Below, piece after piece: positions 1-13,189 of a DNA stretch of 64,000 nt. Every line of letters begins with the position of its first letter. Position 1 is the stretch's first letter. The stretch lies in assembly GCF_009914755.1 (NCBI RefSeq), contig NC_060942.1; one strand, written 5' to 3'. The position numbers and the translations under genes are program-made. The notes beneath the pieces were generated by a model. The model worked only from the letters and a program-made list of their open reading frames with translations, had not been told where the DNA came from and made no database searches. This stretch comes from the human T2T-CHM13v2.0 reference genome, Homo sapiens.

Positions 1-346
1 ATGGAGGTAGAGAGTAGAATGATATTTACCAGATGCTAGGAAGGGTGTGAGTGGTTGGGGATCAGGGATAAAGAAAAGTTGGCTAATATGTAGAAACATA
101 CAGTTAGACTGAAGGAATAAGTTCTAATGTGTGGCAGCAGAGTAGGGTAACTACAGTTAATAATGAATTGTGTAATTGAAAATAGCTAGAATGTAGGACT
201 TGAATATTTCTAACACATAGAAATGGTCAATACGCAGGATGATGGATACCCTAAATACTGTCATTTGACCATAACATATTCTCTACATGTAACAAGACAT
301 CACATGTACCCCATTAAATATGCATAAATATTATGCATCAATAAAA
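1..346 (+). mobile_element. L1MA-type LINE-1 3' end
   Basis: L1M 3'UTR-like text (gtagagagtagaatg..., gatggataccctaaatac..., cacatgtacccc) ending in caataaaa. Confidence 0.85.
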
Positions 347-394
347 TATTTCTAAAGTTTCCATATTAACCTCCTGACATTTATTTATTGGTAA

Positions 395-530
395 GCTTGT
401 ATTTTCTGTCTCTTCCACTAAAATGTAATCTCTATGAGGGCAGGAAAGTTGTTTTTTTCATTGCTATAGCCCAGCTCAGAAATAATGTCCTGAACATATT
501 AGATATTTATTAATCATTACAAAATGAATT
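395..530 (+). mobile_element. L2 3' end fragment
   Basis: ccactaaaatgtaatctctatgagggcagg...aaatgaat resembles the L2 terminus. Confidence 0.7.
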
Positions 531-803
531 AACATGAGTCAGAATATTGATAGGTAAAGCAACCAGAAGGAGTGAGAATTCTCCTAGCCTGTAGAACTCA
601 ACAGCGATAAGATTATACTAGCATATTTAAACAATAAGTGGTTTATTCAGAAGAGCTTATCATGAATGCTGAGAAAAGAGTGTTTTTTCGATTTTTCTGG
701 GACTGAGTGAAATCATAGTCTATTTTGGAGTACAGAACAAAGTGTTGCAGTCTTTATTGCAAGACCAATGCAGTCGTGAAAGATGTGTTATGCATTCTTA
801 GTA

Positions 804-811
804 TGACGTCA
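804..811. promoter_or_regulatory. Perfect palindromic CRE (TGACGTCA)
   Basis: Exact motif with intact CpG; function untested. Confidence 0.3.
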
Positions 812-2453
812 TTAAAACTTTCAGTTCTCTTAACTTCCTTGGACTGATTCAATACCAAACAGGCAAGTCATATTTTCCCATGTAAGACAGCTGTCATGGA
901 GATCATATGCTACTCATATCCAGTTTTTCAATAGAAACTTCACATAGTAGATTGGATCAGAATTTCCAATTATGATTTCTCCTCTTTTATGTAGTTTTGC
1001 CACAGGAAAAATTATGATGATCATAAGTGCTTTGAGTAATTCCAGTTGCAGTGACAGTAATATCTCATTGTAAGTTAATAAATTGACATTATGGTTGCCT
1101 TTCCATTCTCTATGAATAGATTCTCTGAGACTTCAAAGAAGAGCACAAAGTCTAGATGTCCTTATCCTGACAGCTTTCCATTTCACCATTTTCATCTTAT
1201 AGTTCGATTAATTCCTGCTAAGGATATCAAAATATTCATTTTGTCTTCAGCAGAGTATAAAGCAATTATATCTACATTATTTCACATAAAAATCATGGAA
1301 AATGATGTCATCACTGCATTTTTATAGATGAGGAAAGACCAGCAACCTATGTTAAATTTTTCAAGGTTGAAGGGACAATAAGTACTTTAGTTATTCACTC
1401 AACAATTTATTGATTCTCTGCTATAAACCACACACTGATCATTTTTGGGAGACTCCAATGACTAAAACAGCATTTATTTTCTAGCTAAGGAAGACACATA
1501 TAGCTATATACTAAATAAGAAGGTAAAATGTGCTTTGAGAAAAAGAATAGAAGAGAGTGAGTGTATTCTGGAGGTTCGATGGTGGTCAGTGTAAGCATGT
1601 TTGAAAAAAAGGCATTTGAATCCTGAAGAAGAGACTTGAAAAAGGTAAGGATGTTAGCTCTTAGAGTATTTTAAGAAAAGTATTCCAGGAAAGGAAATAT
1701 CAAGTGCACAGATGTCAGTGTAAGAAATTATCTGGCATGTTTCAGAAACAAAGAGGATAGTAAGGACATCAAATAAATGAGGAAGAATGCTAAAAAATAA
1801 AAGTCAGATGGTCAAGGTATGTCATTCATATGCTTTTATAGGCCGTTGTCAGTTACCTTTTACTCTGGGTGAAATGAGGAGCTACTGAAGGGTTTTGAAC
1901 AGAGTGACATAATCAAGCTTATGTTTTAAAAAGATCTTTCTGGTATAAAAATAGACACATAGATCAATGACACAGAATAGAAGGCCAGAAATAAAGCCAC
2001 ACACCTACAGCCAACTGATCTTCCACAAAATCAAGGAAAACATACACTGGAGAAAGGACACCTTATTCAATAAATGGTGCTGAAAAAACTGGATTGTCAT
2101 ATGCAGAATAATGAAACTGGACCCCTATCTTTACCATATACAAATATTAACTCAAGATGGATTAGAGACTTAAATGTAAGACCTAAAAATATATTTTTTA
2201 AAAAAACTAGAATAAAAACTAAGAAAAACTCTTTTGGACATTAGCCTTGGCAAGTAATTCATGACTGAGACCTCAAAAACAAATGCAACAAAAACAAAAA
2301 TAGACAGATAGAACTTAATTAAACTAAAAACCTTGAGCACAGCAAAATAAGTAATCAACAGAGTGAATAGACAACCTGCAGGACAGGAGAAAATATTTGC
2401 AAACTATGCTTCCAACAAAGGGCTAATATCCAGTATCTTCATGGAACTCAAAC

Positions 2454-2454
<1 letters not shown>

Positions 2455-2492
<38 letters not shown>
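2455..2492 (+). repeat. (AAC)n microsatellite, ~12 units, inside L1
   Basis: Directly visible. Confidence 0.95.
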
Positions 2493-2672
2493 AATAGCTC
2501 ATTATAAAGTGGGCAAAGAACATAAAAAGACTTTTTTTTTTCAAAAGAAGACACACAAACAGCCAACAAATATATGAATAAATGGTCAGTATCGCTCATC
2601 AGAGGAATGCAAATTAGAACAATGAGAAATCATGTTACACCAGTCAGAATGGCTATCATTAACAAGCCAACA

Positions 2673-2995
2673 GGCCGGGTGCGGTGGCTCATACCTGTAA
2701 TCTCAGAACTTTGGGAGGCCAAGGCAGACAGATCACTTGAGGTCGGGAGTTCAAAACTAGTCTGGCCAACATGGCGAAACCTCATCTCCACTAAAAATAC
2801 AAAAATTAGTAGGGCATTGTGGCACGTGCCTGTAATCACAGCTACTCAGGAGGCTGAGGCAAGAGAATTTCTTGAACCCAGGAGGCCGAGGTTGCAGCGA
2901 GCCAAAATCATGTCACTGCACTTTCAGCCTGAGTGACAGAGTGAGATTCTGTCTAAAAAAAACAAAACAAAACAAAAAAAAAACAAAAAAAAAAA
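2673..2995 (+). mobile_element. AluS element inserted in L1
   Basis: ggccgggtgcggtggctca start, dimeric structure, A/C-rich tail. Confidence 0.95.
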
Positions 2996-4020
2996 CAGGC
3001 AGCAAATAGGCAAATAGCAGATCTTGGTGAGGATTGCAGAGCAAAGGGAATGCTTATATACTCTTGGTAAGAATGGTAAGAATGTAAATTAGTACAAACT
3101 CTGCAGAAAATGATATAGAGATTTATCAGATAACTAAAAATCGAACTACCATTTGGTTTAGCAATCCTGCTACTGAGTATCTACTCCAAGGAAAATAAAT
3201 CATCATAGCAAAAAGGTACCTACACCTGTATGTTTATTGCAGCACTATTCACAATAGCAATGACATGGAATCAAACTAAGTGTCCATAAAAGAAAGACTG
3301 TATAAAGAAAATATAACATATATTTGACATATCTATATGTCACATACATAGATATATATGTCACACACACACATATATATATATGCCATGAAATACTACT
3401 AAATCATAAAAAAAGAAATCATGTCTTCTGCAGCACATGGATGAAACTAGAGGCAATTAGCTTATGTGAAATAACTCAAATAGAAATTCAAATACCATAT
3501 GCATTCACTTGTGAGAGCTAAATATTGTGTACACATGAACATAAAGAGTGTGATAATAGTTATTGAAGACTCCAAAAGGTGGGATGGTCGGGGGGTGTGA
3601 GGGATTAAAAATTACTTAAGGGAGACAAGGTACAATATTCAGGTGATGGCTACACTAAAAGACCAGACTTCACCACTATACAATATATCCATGAAACAAA
3701 ACTGCATTATTACCTCTCAATCTATAAATAAATAAAGGCAAATAAATAACTCTGTTATAGTGAAAATAAGCTGCAAAGTGAGGCAAGAGTAGAAACAAGG
3801 ATCTAAAATAATAATGTAGGCTGGGGATTCTTCTGGCTCAGATCAAGATGGTAGCAGTAGAGGTAGTGAGAATAGATGAATGTTGTACATATTTGGAAGT
3901 AGAGTCAACAAGACCTCCTGAGAGTATATTGTGTGGCAAAAGAAAAAAATCAAGAAAGAGTCAAAGGTTTTAGGTATGAGAACCCAGAATGATGAGATTA
4001 CCTTAGAGATAAGAAAGGTT

Positions 4021-4455
<435 letters not shown>

Positions 4456-5679
4456 TCAGCTTTGAACAGGGGAATTTAGGAATGTCTATTAGACATCTAA
4501 ATGGAGAAGTTGTGTTGGAAGCTAGAGATATAAGTATGAAATTCAAGAGAGAAATATAAGATGGAGAAATAAATTTTGGAGTTGTAACATATACATGATA
4601 CACAAGGCCATGACACTGAAGACAATCACCAATGAAGGGAATGTGGAGAGAGACAATAAGAAGACCAAATGCAAGAAGACCAAATGCTGAGTCTTAGGTA
4701 AACAGGAAGAACCAGACAGTGTCAGAAAAGCTGTTACAGAAGTTAGAGGGAAATCAAGCGAGTATGATATGTTGTATGCCAAGTGAAAAAAGTGGATGAA
4801 ATCCAAGAGTGGTAGAACATATCAAATGCTGCTGGTAAGTTAAAATGGAAAGAATTAATATTATCCTTGGACTAGCCTAAAGAGTCAAGGTATCCCTAAT
4901 AAAAGCAATTTCAGTAGAGTGATGAGATGAAAACATGGCTAGAGTTGATTGAATAAAGTATTAGAAAGGGAATTAGAGTCTGGTGGTACATTCAACTCTG
5001 AGAAGCTTTATAGCAAAGCAGTGGAGAAATGCGAAAGGCACTAGTAGAAGAAGTGGGGTCATAAACGAATTTTTAATGTTTCTTAATATTTAGAGTGCAA
5101 AGACACCATTTTATGATGATAAGAAGTGATTCACAAAAAGAAAATATTGTTTTGAGCAAGATTTTTGATTTGGACATGGGGATGGAATCTACTGAATGGA
5201 AATGGTAGTACTGGCTTATGTAGGAGCATTGGCAGTTCACCTAAGTTAATAAGTGGCAAGGCTAAGTATGGACTCAGAGTGGTGGGTAGCTTTAGAAGTA
5301 TCTTCTGGGTGGGAGTCTTTAAAATTTATCTTCTAGATGTTTCCATTGTCTAAGTAAAGTAGAAAGCAAGGTCATCAGTGAAGATGTGAAGATAGGAGGA
5401 GAAGTTGGTGATTTTAGAGCAGTGAGAAATTGAGTAGTCTACGACCTGGATGTGTATCCAGAGCACCATTAAAAGCCTATTTAAGATCAAGCATAATACA
5501 TTTAAAGTGAGACCAGGCTTCACGGTTATACTCAGCTGCTCCAGTGCAATTTCATAAAAGGTTTAGGTTTAATTTGGGTGGTGCTTAGCTTACCACATCG
5601 AATGAGAGAGCCAAGAGGTCTGAAATTATGTGACCATAGAAATCTAACTTAGATAACAGGGGAAAAAAATGTCACTGAA

Positions 5680-6235
5680 GTTGCTCATGCATTCTTGTAT
5701 TCCACAAATGTTTTGATCATTCCTAATAAACATGCACTGTGTGAGGTCCTGTATGAAATTCAGAAAAAAGCAGGCATGTTTTCTGACATCATGGAACCTA
5801 CTTTTTATATGGGAAGATGAACAAAAAATTAATATAACTTTTAATTCAGAATTGAATAAATATGATTAAGGAAACAAGCTGTGTGCTGATATAGGAAATG
5901 CACCTGTATGTTTTGCATTCATATGTGTGTATGTGTCTGTATGTATGCCTATGTGTGTGTTTATGTGGTAAGCAGTTAACTTAGATAAGGTGATCAGAGG
6001 TCTCTCTGAGGAGATGTATGCAAACTGAGACCTGAAGAATGAGTAAGAACTTGTTATGTAAAGAGCAGAAGGTAGGTGTTTAAGGTACAGGAGAGTATCT
6101 TGACAAAATCCAAAGGCAGAGAAGAGGTTGCTTGGCATATTTAAAGAACTAACGGGAGTCCAGTGTGGTTGGTGCATAGCAAGCAAGAAGTTGTTACAGG
6201 ATCCGTTTGGAAAGAAAATAAGGAGCCAGGATGAA
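5680..6235 (-). mobile_element. L2 fragment
   Basis: tcagaggtctctctgaggagatg...ctgagacctgaagaatgag L2-antisense text. Confidence 0.7.
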
Positions 6236-7769
6236 GGCAGAATTCAATATCGAATTTAATTAGTTTCATACGAATTATCTTTCTATTGTACCACATTCAA
6301 ACATTCCAGAGTCATTAATAAATATAATTCTTCAAGTTTAGTTTATAGGCCTTGATTTCCTTCAAGAGTTATACTGGAGCACTTATTCTGACTAGTAGTA
6401 ATATCCTCCCTTCTCCAGACCCCTTCAGTAAGTATCTGTTCAGTGTTTCCCTGTAGACCATGGCTCTGTGGTTTGCTCTCTAGAATAATTGGATACATTA
6501 ATCTATGCAAATATATAAATGACTCCTAATGGCTCTGGGCATTAACTCTCCCCCGAGCATTTATATTTCAACAGGAATTTTCTAGTGACACAAAGGAGTG
6601 ACTCTATTAGTGTACATTTTAGACACAGAACAGGCCATTTTAGTGTAATTCAAACGTAGTATTTTTCTAAATTCCTAGCTTAAGAAGTATTCTCAATACA
6701 AGAGATATTGAGAAATGTATACTTAATGTAGTACATTTGTTCCATGCTGGTCTAACAGCCATTGAGCACGAGGCTATCTGCAGATGACCTGTCTATATTG
6801 TTGATGTACTTTGCTGCTTATATAAAGTCCTTGTTTTTTAAGCTTCCCAAGTCATTCAGGAAGACTTAACTCTATATATAGCATTTTATTCTTTTTTTGT
6901 AGAACTTGTTACAGTCCTTATCGATTGCTTAGAAAGAATATAAATCTTTCAGATGAGAGTATTATGCAGTTTTCATGGTTTGTAAGTGAAATTGGAAGTC
7001 TAAAATGCTAAAAGAGGAAAAGCATTCTCAGTTGAGTCAATTACAAGAGGAAGTGTTCCTTGAAAATAGGACATGTAAGTATAGTTGGAAACTTGTTGGT
7101 CTTATGAATTTCTGGGCACTGTGAGAACCAAATAAATGGATGGGCAAATGAGATAATAAAATAATAACTGATTGCTCAGTTGTTAAAGCTGTTTTCTTTC
7201 CAAAGGGAAAGCAACCCTAAGAAACAATGGATAGGTCCTTAAAGCCAGTTTTTGTAACTAAATTGTGTTCTGTATTAATGTAATGACCTCAAGTCATCTT
7301 AATGCAATGAGACAAAAAAAAGAAAAATTGGACTCTAGACAAGGAGATATGATCAGCTCTCAGAGATAATGAAATAAAAGTAGGCAAAGAAACTCAATGA
7401 AAAAGGAATTCTTTCCTATCATTGTGCACCTTTGACTCCTTTGCTTTGAACAATGCCTGAAACATAAACATTTGTTAAGGAAATAATATTGAATAAAGAG
7501 GAAGGATTAGGAGAGCAGAGGAGTAAGATAAGAAAAAATAAAAATGATTGGCATTAGCACAATGTTTTTAATTTTTCATGAAAATTTTCTTTTGTTAATC
7601 ATTTTAGGTCAAGAAATAGTAGTTAACAAACATAGAGAATTTTTATAAAAGACCACTAGAACACCTTTGATTAGTTATTAGTTTAGTTGCTCACCAGGAC
7701 TCTAAAGTTACTATAGCAATATTTAAAAATGATTAATGCTTTCCTAGAAATGTATTTGCTTACTAATTT

Positions 7770-8720
7770 TCCATTTAATGAATATTTTATATCATCTGCC
7801 ATATGTTCAACATTCTATTTAGGTCTGGGATACACTAGTAATAACATATTGGGCATTTTTAACCTTTATGACACTTTAATTTGACAGATAATTATCTAAA
7901 CAATTATTTAATTTCATAGACATTAGTGATATTAAAAATATTCAACATTCTAAAAGAATGCATAAAAGAAAGGCTTATTTTTGGGAAGTCAAAAGAGGCG
8001 CTCTTGAGGAAGCAATATTTAAATTTAAGTTTAAGAGAAAACTATGAGTGAATGAAGCAAAGATGTAGGTGAAAAAATGAAGAGCATTCTGGGTAAAATA
8101 TGGATGAAAATGCTGTAAGACAGAAAAGGGCTTGACTAGTTCGTGGATCTAAAATAAGGTGGATGTGGTTGATGCCCAAGAAAGAAGTGGCAAGTGTGGA
8201 AGCTGAAGACATAAATAATAGCAAGACCATGAGAGTCTTCATTTTGTTCTTAGAATTTTTTATGCTAAAAATAATACAACACTAGGAACCATCAAACAGA
8301 GATTACAGTAGTCCAAATTTATAGTTTTCAAGATTTTTTTTGGTTCTGTGTAGAAACCAATTTTAAAACAAGTCCAAATTGGAGATGGGTGTGGCTTAGA
8401 AAAAGATGACAGAAAAGTTTATAGAGAGTTGGGGACAGTTTTAAAACCTGTTATAAAGGTAGAAACAACAGAATTTTGTGAGTGGTTTAATGTAGAAGTT
8501 TAAATAGGTATCATGAATTATTCATGGGTTTCTGGTATGAGATGCTGGTGGATCGGGTGCTTTACCACGAGAAGGAATCCTGGAAAAAGTAAACATCTAC
8601 TACGGAAAATCAGCTATTAAAGTTGATGCATGTTTAGTTTTTCTGCCTTGGAACTAACAAATGGAAAAGTTAAGCAGGCTGTCAGTAATATTCATCTTTC
8701 TCTCACAGAAGAGTATAAGA
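7770..8720 (-). mobile_element. L2 fragment
   Basis: atttaatgaatattttat...agagcattctgg...gggtttctggtatgag degenerate L2-antisense text. Confidence 0.6.
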
Positions 8721-8987
8721 CTGTAGGTATCTAAACCCTTAGCCAGGCCTGCAAGATCTTCAAAGATCTGGTGCCTGGTAATGTATTTAGCTCTCGCTTG
8801 CCTTCCTACATATTATACCATTTGCTTCACCCTTGGGCTTCTGGTTCCCAAAATGCCCCAGCTTTGTCACTTGTTGTGCTGTCTTGTCTCGGTGCCTATA
8901 CTTTTTGTTTTAGCAATCCCTCCTCTTCACCAGCCTAATTCCTATGCATCTTTCAAAAATAAGTGCAGAGATTATCTGCTCTAAACT

Positions 8988-9268
8988 ATGACACAAAATT
9001 ATGGCAGGCAATTGTTTTGGACTGAGCTCCTGCCCTGGGCCTAACAGATGAGACCAAACCAAAATGAAGTCACTCACACTAGATGCCACAAAACCAAACT
9101 GAAATTTTAAGCAAGCAAATAGACCCGTGAACAGACCAATACTTTCTGAAAGCAAGAGATTCCATTCTACCTGAGTCAGTGTAATAAAGAAGTCTCCTCT
9201 GCTTTAACCCTTACAAAAACAGTAATGTGAAGTAACCTAATATTAACCAATCTGCTTTTCCTTTCTAT
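8988..9268 (+). mobile_element. Partial ERV1 MER4-group LTR (MER66/MER72/MER87-like)
   Basis: ttgttttggactgagctcctgccctgggcctaacagatgagaccaaaccaaaatgaagtcactca; ttaaccaatc. Confidence 0.7.
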
Positions 9269-11220
9269 TATTATAAATTCATTGGTTACTGATGTTGAGA
9301 TTGTTGCCAATAAATAAGGGGAACAATTACTCCTTGGGATGAACACTGGTATCAAATAATATATCTAACTCTTTTCAGTGATAAAGGGATCTTACGTTTT
9401 CAGAACTGAGGTATATTTGAAAGAAGAATAACTCTAAGCTGAATATAAGGGAGAAAATAAAGCCATATATATCTCTCAATTATTTTAGACAAAAGGCTAT
9501 TTAAAAGCCTCAGTCAGTAGGGTAACAAACAGATCTAGAGAAGGATTGAAAAATATTTATTTCCTATCTCAATTGTGAAAAAAGTATCCTTGATAGGTGT
9601 TATTCTTTTATAATTTGAATGATTTTCAAACTGTACTAATACGAATTTCCTCTTAAGAGGTCATTAAGTCAGCCACATTGAGTTACAGTTATGTAGCAGA
9701 AGCAGGTGGAAGGTAAATTATTTCAGACTTTTACCTTCTGCAAGCAGGATACCAATGGAAAATTGCTAACCAATATTCCCATTAGAAAGGCCACAAAATG
9801 AAATGATAGGAAAATCGGATCAAAAGTAATAAAGTACTCTATGTTTCCATTTTCAAACTTCTTCTTCTAAAGCTGTTTTATTTATAGCCAGATAAAGGTA
9901 TGATTGTAGCTATCTGTTAGTACTGAATGTCCAGGTATCTTAATCTCAAGTGATAGATGTGTCTCATGGATAACTAAAGGAGACATCATCATATACTTCT
10001 CATTTCTCCTGTTTGAAGGAGTCATTTATGATTTATTCACATCTACTGCCCTGTTCAAGCTGTTAGACGTGAGAGGTTGATGAACAAGAGGCTGGTTTTT
10101 GAGACACCAATACATACAAAGCTTAAAGAATAACAGAAAATAATAAACAACTGAGTGAATTTCTGATATCATAAATTATATATTATATTATTGAATTTTC
10201 CAACAAGATAAAAGATTCAGAGATTTTTCCAAAGATTGTCCCTTTTGTGTAACTTACAGTGTGTGGTACAAAGCTATTGGCATTCTGGAATTAAGATATT
10301 TAGAAAATGGACTTAGAGAATTACCAAGCAACAGTTGCAGCTAACCACTTCTAAAACTTTACAAAGTAGTTTCTTTCTCTTTAGAAACAAACCTCAACTT
10401 GTTGAGGAAGTCCTTTCCAGTTATCACATACTAATTGCATGTACTTAAATCTATCTAATCGATTTACTTCAACTGATGAGGTGGTCTTAATAAATAATCA
10501 GACATTTAAAAATAAGTATGTTTTATATATGTCAGCAATGGTATGCAAGCAAATATTCTGGGGCCTTTTGGGAAAGAATACAGGAGTATAATCTACAGCA
10601 TACCACTTAATATATCAAGTAGGATCTTGAATTAAAATTTCTTGATAAGCATAATAGAAACTAGATGATCTTACCCATGGGTGGGGTGAGGATAAGATAT
10701 ATTCAGACTGAGGGAACAAATAGGGTAAGTAATGGGGAGTGGTTAAAGGAGCTCACCATCCAGGCAACCAGTCAGCCATGAGGCTATATGCCTCCCTCTC
10801 TGGGAAATAATGCTTGATGTGTTTTTAATACCAGTGTGTTTCTGACAAAGAGTACTACGGTGGACTCTGCTTGAAAATTTCCAGCCAATTCTTTAAAGTA
10901 GTTTTTTGAATGAGTAAAGCAATTTTAAAGGCATCTTTTGTGCTTTGAATGAGGGAGAAAACTTGTTCCCCAATGCAAAACTTCTGCAGTATATTATGAC
11001 AGAAAGAAAACTGGGTAGGAGGAATAAAACATGGGTGGTGTTTTGGCTCTAGCAATATTTTAATACCTTAAATGTCAGTTTCCTAACCTTCAAGATGAGA
11101 ATGATGGATAATATTATGTCTATATCTAACGTTCCAAATGCACCATTAACATGGCTAAATAACTCTGCAGTAGAAAATTCAGAGACTGACAGAAGTGAGC
11201 AAATACATATATAATCACAT

Positions 11221-11258
11221 CAATTTTATTATCCAGAGTACAATTTTATTATCCAGAG
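11221..11258 (+). repeat. Tandem duplication, 18-bp perfect unit with 20-bp period
   Basis: caattttattatccagag-ta-caattttattatccagag. Confidence 0.95.
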
Positions 11259-11558
11259 AAACTTCTCAAATGCAGATAGATATCCATTATTAGATACTGA
11301 AATCACTTAATGGATTCCAACCACCATTTACCAGAAAGAAATAGAATAGATAATACCAGACTACCCGGCAAGAAGTAAGGACAAATACTGTCTCTTGAAG
11401 CTTCTGTTGTGGTACGTTACATATGATAGATTTGTGTGTATGTGTTCTGGGTCATAGAGTAAATTATATTTATTTTCCATCAACATTGCTATTATTTTCA
11501 AGCCACTTAGTCACAGTGTCTTTATTTGAGCTTACGGAGAAAGGAAGCTTCCACTTAC

Positions 11559-11615
11559 CTATAGTAGGGTCATGATAATCAGGGAACTGATGACTAATAA
11601 ACTGCATTGTCATTG
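11559..11615 (-). CDS. RIT2: RIT2 (GTP-binding protein Rit2/Rin) coding exon 2, 57 nt, phase 1-1, residues ~35-54 including the G2/switch I effector loop
   Basis: Minus strand reads tgtgtttttttcctttcag|CA ATG ACA ATG CAG TTT ATT AGT CAT CAG TTC CCT GAT TAT CAT GAC CCT ACT ATA G|gtaagt = (A)[18 protein letters not shown](E), matching the human RIT2 peptide as I recall it; strong acceptor and donor. Confidence 0.97.
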
Positions 11616-12375
11616 CTGAAAGGAAAAAAACACATTTTGTTTAATAAAAATTCACTAATTCATCAATAAGTTATTTACCAACATAGTCCACCAATCTTTT
11701 AAAAGGTTATGGTGAATAAGTTAGTTATGTGAGTGACTAATTTAATTTCACACAAAATGAAAACAATAAGACGAAGTTCTAGAGGGAAAAATGTGTCAGA
11801 TAATGCCAGATACTTCTCTGAAATAAATATGTTCAAATTTTAAGTGTATTTCAATAAAAATGGTATTAGAGTAAAAATAAAGAAGCTCTTGACATAATGA
11901 AAATGTAAACCAGTTACAGAATCCCTCTTGACCTTCTCTGGTTGAACAGTTGGTAATGATGTGCAAGTCCCTTTCACCAAAGAATCTGTACATTCTCTGG
12001 GACTCTAAGTTTTTCATCTTTAAAGTGAATAGATACCCTCTGAAGTTCTTACGAACTATAAAGATATGTAATTACATTATTTTTGTCTTTAACTGTTCAA
12101 AATTAAAATTATTTCAGTTACTTTTATTTTGCCTAATTTATGTTATCGACCACCTTTTCTTCATTACTTTTTTTCTGTAATTCTGTACCCTCCACATTAT
12201 TTCCAAACCTATGATTTTGTAAAACATTTGTAATATTTCTATTGTAAAGTATTTCCTCATGTGAATTTCCATTATTAGGAAGCAAAAGGAACTCTGAAGC
12301 AAAACAACAAACTTATATAAAAATAGTGTATAATAGCTCTTCTCTTTCTTTTTTCCTCACTTCTGCATGTGTGTT

Positions 12376-12820
12376 TGTTAACAGACTCTCTCCTTGAGCA
12401 AATTTTAGGTAAGATCCTAAGCCTTCTTCTCTACTAGGCCTCAAACATGGACCCTGTCCTTGCATTCTGGCTGGGTCTATATATCCCACTTGTCAAATCC
12501 TGCTAAGTCAGTTTAGAGAGACTCCTCCCCTGATATCTGATCCTCTGTCCTACCTTCAACAAGAATCCTGCTAAGTCAGTTTAGCAAGAATCTTCCTCCC
12601 CTTGATGTCTCCTCTTAGGAATTTTCCATGCACAGGTGTAACCCCTCCCCTCTCACCTTCCTCCTCCTCTGTGCCTTGCCTATACATCTCTGCATGTCCT
12701 TTCTGTGTTTGGAATTGAGCCCAGTTCTATACTGAGGACTCTTTTCCCTTATGGAAATAGTTCCTGGATTAAATTTATTTTTATTGCTTTAACTAGTGTC
12801 CAGCTCTGGTTGTTTTTAAG
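12376..12820 (+). mobile_element. ERV1 LTR, MER31/MER67 family (copy 1)
   Basis: agactctctccttgagcaaattttag, repeated aatcctgctaagtcagtttag, ccagttctatactgagg. Confidence 0.85.
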
Positions 12821-13189
12821 TGTGTACACACTTTAGCAAATATTCAGAGCAGAGAAGACTTAGTTACATTCAACAAACATGTGGAATGCGCTAGTCTGAC
12901 CCTGCTGAGAAAAGCAAAGAAATGGAAACTGACCCAGTGGAAGAGAATTTCTGTTTTATGCTTTAACAATTGTTTACTTCCTTTATTTGCAGTGACAAAA
13001 GAAGTCTCTACATATAAGTATTACTCAATTTGACAGCTTTGGGCAAATTTTTGAAATGCAAATCAACGTTCCTTACAGATAGCCTGAGGAGTTAGAATAC
13101 TTCAGGTAAACAAACTGAAAGCAACATGTTTATTAAGTGGATATGAAGAAGCATTTGGAAAATGCTTTTCCTGAGTTTTAAAATGGCAG

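Larger units (their letters stand above)
1941..3750 (+). mobile_element. 5'-truncated L1PB/L1MA-type LINE-1 (ORF2 3' part and 3'UTR), split by an Alu
   Basis: tggtataaaaatagacacatagatcaatg... ORF2 homology; 3'UTR ctacactaaaagaccagacttcaccactatac; A-rich tail. Confidence 0.9.
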
